A stretch of 64,000 nt of DNA from an uncultured Actinomycetes bacterium. Lineage in GTDB: Bacteria > Actinomycetota > Acidimicrobiia > Acidimicrobiales > CAVTQP01. Position 1 is the first letter of the stretch. Each line of letters begins with the position of its first letter. Location of the stretch: contig CAVTQP010000003.1 in the NCBI GenBank assembly GCA_963736925.1, positions 738,845 to 802,844 on the forward strand, written 5' to 3'. This document shows, piece after piece, positions 48,551 through 57,485 of the stretch. The notes under the pieces were generated by a model. That model saw only the letters and a program-made list of their open reading frames with translations. It did no database searches and was not told the DNA's origin. The position numbers and the translations under genes were made by a program.

Positions 48551-50858
48551 ATGGCCGATCACACCCGGTTCGAAGGTCGTATAGGAAGCGACTGGCGGGA
48601 CTCAGAGCCCTGGTGGCCAGCGGATACCAGACCCCCTAAGGACGCTCCCAACGTCGCGCTCATAGTGCTGGACGATGTCGGGTTCGCGCAGCTCGGCTCG
48701 TACGGGTCTGACATCGCCACGCCGACCCTGGACCGTTTGGCCTACGCTGGCGTTCGGCTGGGCAACTTTCATACCACCGCTCTCTGCTCGCCTACACGAG
48801 CTTGCCTTCTCACGGGACGAAATCATCACCGGAGCGGGATGGGCCGAGTGGCGGACCTGGCAATGGGCTATCCCGGATACTGGGGGAGACCTCCGCGGGA
48901 GAACGGCTTTCTGTCCGAGATACTCCGCGGCAAGCGGCTATGCCACCTACGCGGTTGGCAAGTGGCACCTCACCCCGGAGAACGAGACTCATATGGCTGC
49001 TTCCCGAGAAACTTGGCCGCTCGGCCGAGGATTCGATCGCTGGTACGGGTTCCATGGTGGTGAGACTCACCAGTTCGTCCCCGCCCTTTATCACGACAAC
49101 CACTCCGTAAGACCTCCGCGTACGATAGAAGACGGCTACCACCTGAGCGCCGATCTGGCCGACCGTGCCATCGAGTTCCTATCCGATCTGAGAGCGGCCG
49201 ACGCCGACCAGCCCTTCTTTCTGTACTTCTGCACGGGTGCCTGCCACTCACCTCATCAAGCCCCTGTCGACTGGATCGACCGTTACAGGGGTGCCTTCGA
49301 CGGCGGATGGGATCTATGGCGCGATCAGGTTTTCGTTCGCCAGCTCGAGACCGGCGTGATCCCTCCTGGGACGGCCTTGTCACCGCGCCCCGATTGGGTC
49401 CCGGCGTGGGAGCACCTCAGCTCGGAAGAGCGGGATGTGGCATCCCGGTTCATGGAGTGCTTCGCGGCGTTCCTCTCGTACACAGACGAACAGATCGGGC
49501 GGCTTGTGGACTTCCTCGAGGATCTCGGGGAGCTTGATGACACGCTGATCGTGGTCGTGTCTGACAACGGGGCGAGCGCGGAGGGAGGTCGAACGGGCTC
49601 CATAAACGACATCAGGCTTTCCAACATGGACCCTGCGGGCACGTCTGAGATGTATAGGCGGATCGAAGAGATCGGTGGTCCACTGACACACAACAACTAC
49701 CCGTGGGGCTGGACCATGGCAGGGAACACACCCTTCAAACGCTGGAAGCGAGAGGTCCATGAGGGTGGTGTGGCTGATCCCTGCATCGTTCACTGGCCGA
49801 AACGCTTTGCCAGCAGCGCCGGCGCCGTGCGCCACCAATTCACCCACGCGATCGACCTCATGCCGACCGTGCTCGAGCTGGTCGGCATCGGGGCCCCGGC
49901 CGAGCTGGATTACGTTCCCCAGTCCTCGATCGATGGCGTCAGCTTCAGCTACCTGCTCGGGCGCGATGGTGGCCCGGTGCCCGGACGGCATCTGACGCAG
50001 CTCTTCGAGATGTTCGGGTCAAGGGCCCTATTTCACCAGGGATGGAAGGCCGTCACCTTCCACCCCGTGGGCCCCATGTACGACGATGGGCTCAACCCGA
50101 ATTCATCGTTCGACGAGGACGTGTGGGAGCTATATCACGTGGCCGACGATCTCTCGGAGACGCGGAACCTGGCCGAGGAGTTTCCCGATCGGTTGTCGGA
50201 GCTCGTGGAGCTGTGGTGGGTGGAAGCGAGGCGCAACATGGTGTTGCCCCTCGACAATCGGGTGCTGTGGACGCTCGTACACCCCCGGCCCGACCGGCGC
50301 CACGGACGAACCCGATTCCGCTATTTCCAGGGAGCCGCTCAGGTGCCCGAGGCGGTGGCCGTGAACGTCCGGAACCGCTCGCACACGATGATCGTCGACG
50401 TGGTGGTCCCGGATGGCTCCAAGCCCGAGGGCGTGCTGCTGGCTCTCGGCTGTGCGTTGGGTGGGTGGTCCTTCCAGGTGTACGAGGGCCGGTTGCGCTA
50501 TGTGCACAACCTTTACGGGAAGCAACAGGATGTGATCGAGGCCGGCGCCGCTGTGGAGCCCGGCAGCCACAGCCTCTCGCTGTCGTTCGAGAAGGACGAC
50601 GGAGCCGGTGGGATGGTCGTCCTTCGATGCGACGGCAACGTGGTGGGCGAGGGACCGATCACTCGGTTCACACCGTCGGGGTTCAACGGGGTCGGAGCCG
50701 GGCTCAGCTGCGGGTACGAGTGGGGTCCCGCAATCGGCCCTGACTACCACGCTCCTTTTCCCTTCAACGGCCTCATTTTGCGCGCCGTTGTCGAAGCTAG
50801 CGGAAAGGTCGTCCGTGACCCACTGGCCGAGCTCGAGGCGATTCTCTCGGAGCAATGA
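48551..50858 (+). pseudogene. Arylsulfatase (Cys-type, AtsA-like long form), frameshifted near 48930
   Basis: The ATG 48551 frame carries 'PNVALIVLDDVGFAQLGSYGSDIATPTLDRLA' and the sulfatase signature 'CSPTRACLLTGRNHH'. The sequence continues in ORF 48675..50858 from '..GYATYAVGKWHL' ('VVSDNGAS', 'WGWTMAGNTPFKRWK'). The switch lies in a CCGCGG context. Confidence 0.85.
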
Positions 50859-50912
50859 GGTCCCGTTCCCCGGTAAGCTCTCTCGGAGCAATGAGGCCGC
50901 GTTCCCCGTAAG
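50844..50912 (+). repeat. Imperfect tandem duplication (period 36 bp) spanning the sulfatase stop codon
   Basis: ctctcggagcaatgaggtcccgttccccggtaag (50844-50877) is repeated as ctctcggagcaatgaggccgcgttccccgtaag (50880-50912). Confidence 0.85.
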
Positions 50913-50930
50913 CGCTGAGAATGGCCGTCA

Positions 50931-51593
50931 TCAGCTGGTCAGTCCGTCGAGGGCCGTTGTCCAGTTGCTTGCGATTCTTCGCTGGGCATCCGCCAGCGAG
51001 AGCCGGTGCTGGCAGACAGCATGGTTCAGGGCGTTTTCGACCGAGTCCTTGGCGTAAGAGCCGAGCTGGACGCCGCCGATCGAGACATCGTGGGGTTCCG
51101 GCCAGAGGTTCTGGGGAGAACCGGGAGATCCGCCGAGCTCCAAGCTGATCAGGTGGTCCTCTTCGAATTCGCCCAGACGAGCACCCTCCTCGCCATAGGC
51201 CGCGAGCTGTTGGAGTTTCAGGTCTTCGGTGTAGGACTCCTTCGGGCGGACCGCGGAGGTCCACCCCTTCGAGCAGATTGTCGATGCGATGTCGCCCTGG
51301 GTGACGCCGGCGTCGAGGGCGCCCGGCGTGCAACCGGGGTCAGGCAGCGCACCCCCTTCCCGGTAGGTGCAGCCGGCCGGTACGGAAGCTCCGCGTGTGC
51401 CGGGTGCGCTGGTGCCCATCTTGCCCGTAATGCCGGTGGTGCCCGTAATGCCGGTGGTGCCGGTAATGCCGGTGGTGCCGGTAATGCCGGTGGTGCCCTC
51501 GGCCGCATTGGAGGGGTTCGAGCCGCAAGCAACGCTGGTAACCCCGACGACGACCAAAAGCGCCGTCACGCGACCTCTTGCCTCCCCGAGCAT
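50931..51593 (-). CDS. Lipoprotein with (TTGITG)4 repeat and C-terminal HNH-like (beta-beta-alpha-metal) motif domain
   Basis: The lipobox-like sequence is 'LLVVVGVTSVACGS'. The repeat is 'GTTGITGTTGITGTTGITGTTGITG'. The C-terminal motifs are 'EEDHLISLELGGSPGSPQNLWPEP' and 'KDSVENALNHAVCQHRLSLADAQ'. The nuclease-fold call rests on motif resemblance only. Confidence 0.55.
   Translation of the reverse strand: MLGEARGRVTALLVVVGVTSVACGSNPSNAAEGTTGITGTTGITGTTGITGTTGITGKMGTSAPGTRGASVPAGCTYREGGALPDPGCTPGALDAGVTQGDIASTICSKGWTSAVRPKESYTEDLKLQQLAAYGEEGARLGEFEEDHLISLELGGSPGSPQNLWPEPHDVSIGGVQLGSYAKDSVENALNHAVCQHRLSLADAQRRIASNWTTALDGLTS
51427..51498 (-). repeat. Four tandem copies of an 18-bp unit (GTAATGCCGGTGGTGCCS) inside the lipoprotein gene
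   Basis: The copies are near-perfect, at 51427-44, 51445-62, 51463-80 and 51481-98. They are in frame and encode TTGITG. Confidence 0.9.
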
Positions 51594-51680
51594 CGGGGAC
51601 AGACACTAACCAGCGGCTGTGACGGTCATCTGGAGGACCGTGGTTGACACGCTCCCCGGGAGGCGCTCACTGTCCGGGCT

Positions 51681-52586
51681 TCAAAAGCCCTCGATCATCG
51701 GCGCCACCTCCGCGCCGATAACTTCGAGGGGGGTCAACCGCCGCACGTCCTTCACGCTGCCATGAGCCACCTGGAAGCCCAGATCCGCCAAGGCGCGCAG
51801 ACGATCGACGGTCTCGGCTACGCGTTCTCCGTTCTCGCCCACGTCGAAGTTGAACAGCACGGTTTTTTCGATGGCTTCGTAGTCACGTCCCTCCCGGGCA
51901 CAGTGCAGGCGAAGGACTTCCAGCTTGCGGCCTAGGTCAGGGCCGGGGAAGAGGTTGCACGCTTGGGCGTATCGAGCGACCAGCAGTAGCGTCTTTTGCT
52001 CGCCGGATCCACCGATCAGGATTGGCGGGTGTGGCTTGGAGAGGGGCTGAGGAGAGTTGAGCGTACGTGTCAGTCGGTAGTGCTCGCCCGTGAAGGTGCC
52101 CTGATCCTCGCTCCACATTTGGAGGCACACCTGAATCGCCTCCTCGAGACGCGCGAACCGCTCCGGCAAGGGTGGGAACGGCAGGCCGAGACCGCGGGCC
52201 TCTTCTTCGTTCCAGGCAGCGCCGATTCCGAGCCACGCGTGCCCAGCGGACAGCACGTCGAGACTGGTGACGATCTTGGCGAGAAGGCCTGGGTCCCGGT
52301 AGACGGCACCAGTCACGAGGGTCATCAGCTTGACCCGCGACGTGTGGGCGGCGAGGAAGCCGAGCGTCGTGTAAGCCTCGAGCATCTCGTGATCGACGGG
52401 ACCCACTGGAGGAATCTGCCAGACATGGTCCATCACGCTGACCCGGTCGAATCCGGCAGCCTCGGCGGCTTGTGCGACCATCTGGAGGTCGTTGCCCAGA
52501 TGGCTCGGACCGTTCGGCCATGTGAAATCCGGGATGTGCAGGCCAAGTCTCACGTGTTTCCTCCTACCTAGGTTCACCCCGGCCAC
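51681..52586 (-). CDS. Luciferase-like monooxygenase (LLM) class, probably F420-dependent oxidoreductase
   Basis: 'LGLHIPDFTWP', 'AEAAGFDRVSVMDHVWQ', 'WLGIGAAWNEEEARGLGLPFP', 'PPILIGGSGEQKTLLLVARYAQACN'. Confidence 0.8.
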   Translation of the reverse strand: MAGVNLGRRKHVRLGLHIPDFTWPNGPSHLGNDLQMVAQAAEAAGFDRVSVMDHVWQIPPVGPVDHEMLEAYTTLGFLAAHTSRVKLMTLVTGAVYRDPGLLAKIVTSLDVLSAGHAWLGIGAAWNEEEARGLGLPFPPLPERFARLEEAIQVCLQMWSEDQGTFTGEHYRLTRTLNSPQPLSKPHPPILIGGSGEQKTLLLVARYAQACNLFPGPDLGRKLEVLRLHCAREGRDYEAIEKTVLFNFDVGENGERVAETVDRLRALADLGFQVAHGSVKDVRRLTPLEVIGAEVAPMIEGF

Positions 52587-52790
52587 GCGGAGCAGCTTTG
52601 AGAGTTCGCAGTATTGCGTTCTACCACCGGGTCTTGGGTTCTACGCCGCCGGCCCTCCCCGGCGCGTCCCACTTGCCCGGCTCCACTGACCCGGCGCCTC
52701 GCAAGGACTCGGCTCACACGAACAACGCCCGCACGAACAAGGCTCCCACGGACCCGGCCCGCCGAACCGGGCACGTACTCTGGTGGGGGA

Positions 52791-53555
52791 ATGCTCCTTC
52801 ACGTAGGCACTTCCGGCTGGCAGTACCGGTCGTGGACGGGGCGGTTCTACCCACCGGCGCTTCCTCGAGACAGGTGGTTGGAGCATTACGCAACCGAGTT
52901 CGAGAGCCTGGAGGTCAACAACACCTTCTACAGGCTCCCCGAAGCGGAGACCTTTGCCGATTGGCGACGACGGACTCCCGTCGGCTTCGTCATCGCCACA
53001 AAAGCCAGCCGCTTCCTGACCCATGTCGGCCGCCTCAAGGAGCCAGAAGAGCCAGTCCATCGGATGCTTGAGCGACTACGGAGGCTCGGCCCCAGGACGG
53101 GACCGATCCTCCTACAGTTGCCTCCGAACCTCTCGTTCGAGCCAGACCGGCTGCATCGCACCCTGGCGTGCTTTCCGAGCAGTACCCGTCTGGCCGTTGA
53201 GCTTCGTCACCCCTCATGGTTCGTACAGGAGACACTGGACTTGCTCTCGGCCCGAAGCGCGGCGCTTTGCCTTGCTGATCGCGCCGGTATACAGAGCACG
53301 GTCCGGAGAACGGCGCGGTGGTCCTACTTGCGAATGCACGAGGGCAAGGCGTCGCCAGCGACGTGCTACGGGCGCAAGGCACTGGACAGCTGGCTCGACC
53401 GGCTGTCTGATCTCTGGGTAGGCGACGAAGAGGTATTCGTGTTCTTCAACAATGACTCCAACGCATGCGCGGTCCAAAACGCACGCACCTTCATTGCCCT
53501 CGCCGACAAACGCGGGGTGGAGGTAAGGCGGCTGGGGGTGGAGAATGCCACTTGA
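52791..53555 (+). CDS. DUF72 (YecE-like) family protein
   Basis: 'MLLHVGTSGWQYRSWTGRFYPP', 'YATEFESLEVNNTFYRLP', 'FVIATKASRFLTH', 'LLQLPPN'. The start is taken at ATG 52791, because the upstream part of the tracked ORF is low-complexity. The ligD ATG lies 11 nt before its stop. Confidence 0.85.
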   Translation: MLLHVGTSGWQYRSWTGRFYPPALPRDRWLEHYATEFESLEVNNTFYRLPEAETFADWRRRTPVGFVIATKASRFLTHVGRLKEPEEPVHRMLERLRRLGPRTGPILLQLPPNLSFEPDRLHRTLACFPSSTRLAVELRHPSWFVQETLDLLSARSAALCLADRAGIQSTVRRTARWSYLRMHEGKASPATCYGRKALDSWLDRLSDLWVGDEEVFVFFNNDSNACAVQNARTFIALADKRGVEVRRLGVENAT

Positions 53556-54987
53556 CGACTACCGAGCCAAGCGCGACTTTGAGTCAACACCTGAGCCGTC
53601 GGATGACTCTGACCAGTTGCCAGGCTCACAACAGCGACGGTTCGTTGTGCAAGAGCACCATGCTCGTCGGCTGCATTGGGACTTTCGACTGGAGCGCGAC
53701 GGCGTGCTGGTCTCGTGGGCGATTCCTCGAGGAGTGCCCAAGCATCCCGGTGAGAACCATCTGGCGGTTTCAGTCGAGGACCACCCGCTGTCTTACATCG
53801 ACTTCTCGGGCGAAATCCCAAAGGGCAGCTACGGCGCCGGAGCGGTGTCGATATGGGACAACGGCACTTACGAGTGCGAAGAGTGGGCAGACGCCAAGGT
53901 GAAGGTCATTTTGCACGGAGGGAGGCTGAACGGGAGGTATGCCCTGTTCCGCACCAAGGAGCCCAACTGGATGATCCATCGCATGGATCCCCCGGAGGAT
54001 CCGGGGTACCAACCCCCTCCCGCTGTGGTGGAGCCCATGAGAGCCCTTTCATCCGACCATCCGCCCAAGGGGGACTCGTGGTCCTTCGAGCTCAAATGGG
54101 ACGGGATGCGCGTCGTGGCCTTCGTGGAGAGTGGCGTGATCCGTCTTCAGGGACGGAGCCTCAAGGACGTCACCGATCAGTACCCGGAGCTTCGCAGTTT
54201 GGGGGAGAGCCTCGCCGACCATGACGTAGTGCTGGACGGCGAGGTCGTCGCGCTCGACGAGGAGGGCCGACCCAGCTTCCGCCGCTTGCAGCAGAGGATG
54301 AACGTGGGGCCAAGGGAAGCTGCTCGGAGGATCAGCAGGACGGTTCCCGTTACATACATGGTCTTCGACGTCTTGTATGCGGACGGCCGTATGACGACTG
54401 GCCTTCCGTACGCGGAGAGGAGGAGTCTGCTCCAGTCCCTCGACGTGAACGGAGCCTTGTGGCAGACGCCGTCGGCCCACGTCGGGGACGGCCCGGCTCT
54501 CCTTGCCAGCACTCGTGACACGGGGCTCGAGGGCCTCGTTGCCAAGCGGGTGGACAGTCCCTACGAGTCCGGGCGGCGATCGCGGAGCTGGCTCAAGATC
54601 AAGAACTTCCGCCGCCAGGAGTTCCTCATCGGAGGCTGGCTACCTGGGGAAGGAAGGCGTTCCCAGTCGATCGGGGCGCTGCTCGTGGGCTACTACTCAG
54701 ATGGCGGGCTCCGCTACGCGGGGAGGGTGGGCTCGGGCTTCAGCGACGCGGACCTCGAGACATTGAAGTCCAGGCTCGCACCTCTGGAGCAGGCCGAAAA
54801 CGTCTTCGAGGAGCCTCCCGTAGTGCCGGCGGACGTGCGTCGCCAGGCGACGTTCACCGCCCCCACCCTCATGGCCGAGGTCTCGTTCAGCGAGTGGACC
54901 GGAGAGGGCGGGGGCGTTCTCCGACAGCCCTCGTACAAAGGGCTTCGAGACGACAAGGACCCCAAGGATGTACACCGTGAGGCCTGA
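53545..54987 (+). CDS. ligD: ATP-dependent DNA ligase LigD, phosphoesterase + ligase domains (no polymerase domain)
   Basis: The PE domain is 'YRAKRDFESTPEP...RFVVQEHHARRLHWDFRLERDGVLVSWAIPRGVP'. The ligase has motif I 'FELKWDGMRV', then 'MVFDVLYADG', 'EGLVAKR' and 'WLKIKN'. Confidence 0.9.
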   Translation: MPLDDYRAKRDFESTPEPSDDSDQLPGSQQRRFVVQEHHARRLHWDFRLERDGVLVSWAIPRGVPKHPGENHLAVSVEDHPLSYIDFSGEIPKGSYGAGAVSIWDNGTYECEEWADAKVKVILHGGRLNGRYALFRTKEPNWMIHRMDPPEDPGYQPPPAVVEPMRALSSDHPPKGDSWSFELKWDGMRVVAFVESGVIRLQGRSLKDVTDQYPELRSLGESLADHDVVLDGEVVALDEEGRPSFRRLQQRMNVGPREAARRISRTVPVTYMVFDVLYADGRMTTGLPYAERRSLLQSLDVNGALWQTPSAHVGDGPALLASTRDTGLEGLVAKRVDSPYESGRRSRSWLKIKNFRRQEFLIGGWLPGEGRRSQSIGALLVGYYSDGGLRYAGRVGSGFSDADLETLKSRLAPLEQAENVFEEPPVVPADVRRQATFTAPTLMAEVSFSEWTGEGGGVLRQPSYKGLRDDKDPKDVHREA

Positions 54988-54994
54988 GAGGGCG

Positions 54995-55921
54995 CTAGAG
55001 GCGTGGCAGCCGTTGCTCGCATGTGGGCACGCTCGCGAAGAGGTCCCCGCGCCGCTTGACCCGTTCGACCACCTGAGCGGCCTCGAAGGTGACCGTGCCT
55101 TCGTCCTCACGGGACAGAGCCGCCTCGACCTCGTCCCACGTGACCGGGGTGGAGACTCGCGGTCTCTCGGTAGCCCGGAGCGAGTAGACGCAGACGGTGG
55201 TCTTGGTGGCGCTGTTCTGGCTCCAATCCACCAGCACCTTGCCCGGTCGTAGCGATTTGTCCATCTTCTGCACCACCAGCTCTGGATGGTTCTTCTCCAG
55301 GAGCCCGGCCATCGCGTGAGCGAACGACTTGGTCTGCTCGTAGGTATGGGCGGTGTTGAGGGGAACGTAGACCTGCAGGCCTTTGGATCCTGACGTCTTC
55401 ACGGCCGAGTCCAGAGCCAGTGCTTCGAGCGACTCCCTGAGCCACAGTGCGACCCTGGCGCAGTCGAGCAGGCTCGCAGGGGCGCCCGGGTCCAGATCGA
55501 ACACGAGGACTGTCGGTGCTCCCACGTCACTGGACAGGGCCAAGAGAGGGTGGAGCTCGAGGGCTGCCAGGTTGGCGAGCCATATCAGGGTCGGGACGTC
55601 GTTGGCCAGGCAGTACGAGACCGAGCCTTCACGACTTCGACTGCTCGGGACGGTGACCGTCTCCACCCAATCGGGACGGTGGGGAGGACATCGCTTTTCG
55701 TAGAAGTAGTCCTGGCGGACACCGTTGGGGTAGCGCTTGAGCGTCAACGGCCGCCCGCGCAGGTGGGGAAGGATGAAGTCGGCGATCTCGCGGTAGTAGT
55801 CGATGACGCCCGCCTTCGTGGTTCCGGCGTCGGGGTAGATCTCCTTGTCCAAGTTGGTGAGGCGAAGCCTCCTGCCCTCGATCTCCACCTCGTTCGTGGA
55901 GTGGCCGGCGCTCCTGCTCAC
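54995..55921 (-). CDS. Stand-alone LigD polymerase/primase (PolDom) protein
   Basis: 'LRLTNLDKEIYPDAGTTKAGVIDYYREIADFILPHLRGRPLTLKRYPNGV', 'FDLDPG', 'KTSGSKGLQVYVPL', 'VLVDWSQN'. The start is taken at the GTG 7 nt after the ku stop. The tracked ORF extends to 56074, inside ku. Confidence 0.85.
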   Translation of the reverse strand: MSRSAGHSTNEVEIEGRRLRLTNLDKEIYPDAGTTKAGVIDYYREIADFILPHLRGRPLTLKRYPNGVRQDYFYEKRCPPHRPDWVETVTVPSSRSREGSVSYCLANDVPTLIWLANLAALELHPLLALSSDVGAPTVLVFDLDPGAPASLLDCARVALWLRESLEALALDSAVKTSGSKGLQVYVPLNTAHTYEQTKSFAHAMAGLLEKNHPELVVQKMDKSLRPGKVLVDWSQNSATKTTVCVYSLRATERPRVSTPVTWDEVEAALSREDEGTVTFEAAQVVERVKRRGDLFASVPTCEQRLPRL

Positions 55922-55928
55922 GTCGCTC

Positions 55929-56837
55929 TCACGATGCCTTGCGTCTGCTCGCCTTCTTGGCAGGGGCCTTTCTGGCAGGGGCCTTCTTCGCCGTCGTTCG
56001 AGGTTCATCCTTGACGCGCTCGCTTTCGCGCCCCATCTCGGCTCGGGCTCCTCCATCGTGCAAGCTAGCCTCAAGCGCCGCCATCAGATCGACCACAGGC
56101 GTGGGCTCCTCGGCCTCGGGCTCGGCTACCACCTCTTCTCCCTCGGCCTTGCGCTCGATCACCTCGAGCAGGCTCTGCTGGTACGTGTCTTCGAATCGCT
56201 TCGGATCGAACTTCTCGACCAGGGTGTCGATCAGCTGGCCTGCCATTTTGAGCTCCTGGTCGGTGGCCGTCACCTCGGGACCCGGCAGTTCCCCGATGTC
56301 ATCCTCGTCCACGATCTCGTCTGCGAAGTTCATCGTTGAGAGCACGAGCGCCTGGCCGAGGGGTCTGAGAGCGCATAGGTACTGCTTGCTGCGGAGCACG
56401 AATTTGGCGATGCCGACCCTTTGGGAGTCGTTCATCGCGTCAACCAGTAGCCGGTACGCCTTCTCACCCCGCTTGTCCGGGACGAGATAGTAAGAGGAGG
56501 AGTAATAGATCGGATCGATCTCCTCCAGCGCGGCAAACGACTCTATGTCGATGGTGTGGGTGGCCCTTGGGTTGAGCGTCTCCAGCTCGTCCGCTTCGAT
56601 CATCACGTATCGACCCGGAGAGAGCTCATAGCCCTTCACCACATCCTCGTAGGCCACCTCGCTGCCCTCTGCGCTGCAGATGCGGCGCTGTTGGATGCGG
56701 GCGCCGTCTGCCCGGTGCAGCTGGTGGAAGCGGACATCATGCTTGCGGACGGCGGTGAGAAGCTTCACGGGCACGTTGACCAGGCCGAAGCTGATCGCGC
56801 CGCTCCAGATCGGCCTAGGCATGGCTTTTCGGCTCAC
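55929..56837 (-). CDS. ku: Ku protein (NHEJ DNA-end binding) with Lys/Ala-rich tail
   Basis: 'RPIWSGAISFGLVNVPVKLLTAVRKHDVRFHQL', 'YYLVPDKRGEKAYRLL', and a C-terminal 'AKKAPARKAPAKKASRRKA'. Confidence 0.95.
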   Translation of the reverse strand: MSRKAMPRPIWSGAISFGLVNVPVKLLTAVRKHDVRFHQLHRADGARIQQRRICSAEGSEVAYEDVVKGYELSPGRYVMIEADELETLNPRATHTIDIESFAALEEIDPIYYSSSYYLVPDKRGEKAYRLLVDAMNDSQRVGIAKFVLRSKQYLCALRPLGQALVLSTMNFADEIVDEDDIGELPGPEVTATDQELKMAGQLIDTLVEKFDPKRFEDTYQQSLLEVIERKAEGEEVVAEPEAEEPTPVVDLMAALEASLHDGGARAEMGRESERVKDEPRTTAKKAPARKAPAKKASRRKAS

Positions 56838-56968
56838 ACATCGCCGTCACCTCCTGATCCCCGATTTCGAACAGCCCGCTCCGGGGCCCCTGCTGACGAT
56901 GCACCAGCCTACCTTGGACAAGTCGGATTCACGGCCCCAACGGAACGGCTCACGTCTAGATTCGGTGT

Positions 56969-57466
56969 GTGCACAAGGAGAGCGCCGGCCTTCTCGTGTA
57001 CCGATTCCGTGGCCCCCCCACAACGTCAACGGACGATTCGGAGGCCACGGAGGTCCTGCTGGTGCATCCGGGCGGCCCGTACTGGGCGAACAAGGACGAG
57101 GGGTCTTGGTCCCTGCCAAAGGGCGAGTACGGCCCCGGAGCCGATCCGCTGACCGTGGCCAAGACGGAGTTCGAGGAGGAGCTGGGTAAGGTCCCGCCGC
57201 CTGGGCCGTTCAGGGAGCTCGGCTCGGTCAAGCAGCGGGGCGGAAAGGTGGTTCTCGCTTGGGCCGCCGAGGGCGATCTGGACACCTCAGACACTCGGAG
57301 CAATACCTTTGAGATCGAGTGGCCGCCACGCTCAGGCCGGCGTGCGAGGTTTCCCGAGATCGACAGGGCAACGTGGTTCAACCTCGAGGAGGCAGAACGC
57401 CGCCTCCTCAAGAGCCAGCTCCCCTTCATCTCACGTCTGAAGGCTATGGTCGGTTCCGATCGCTAG
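56969..57466 (+). CDS. NUDIX-family hydrolase (COG4119-like)
   Basis: 'SAGLLVYR', 'VLLVHPGGPYWANKDEGSWSLPKGE', the NUDIX box 'AKTEFEEELG', and 'FEIEWPPRSGRRARFPEIDRATWF'. It is divergent from ku across 131 bp. Confidence 0.8.
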   Translation: MHKESAGLLVYRFRGPPTTSTDDSEATEVLLVHPGGPYWANKDEGSWSLPKGEYGPGADPLTVAKTEFEEELGKVPPPGPFRELGSVKQRGGKVVLAWAAEGDLDTSDTRSNTFEIEWPPRSGRRARFPEIDRATWFNLEEAERRLLKSQLPFISRLKAMVGSDR

Positions 57467-57485
57467 CTCGAATCGGCTCTGAACT

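Noticed and set aside
51427-51498. Regularly spaced 18-bp repeats considered as a mini-CRISPR array
   Set aside because: The repeats are directly adjacent with no spacers. They are in frame and inside a lipoprotein ORF, where they encode TTGITG. No cas genes are present in the window.
54995-56074. Full 359-aa version of the LigD-polymerase ORF overlapping ku by 146 nt
   Set aside because: The overlapping N-terminal 50 aa are Arg/Pro-rich and unrelated to PolDom. A GTG 7 nt after the ku stop gives a protein of typical PolDom length (~308 aa), so I annotated the shorter form.
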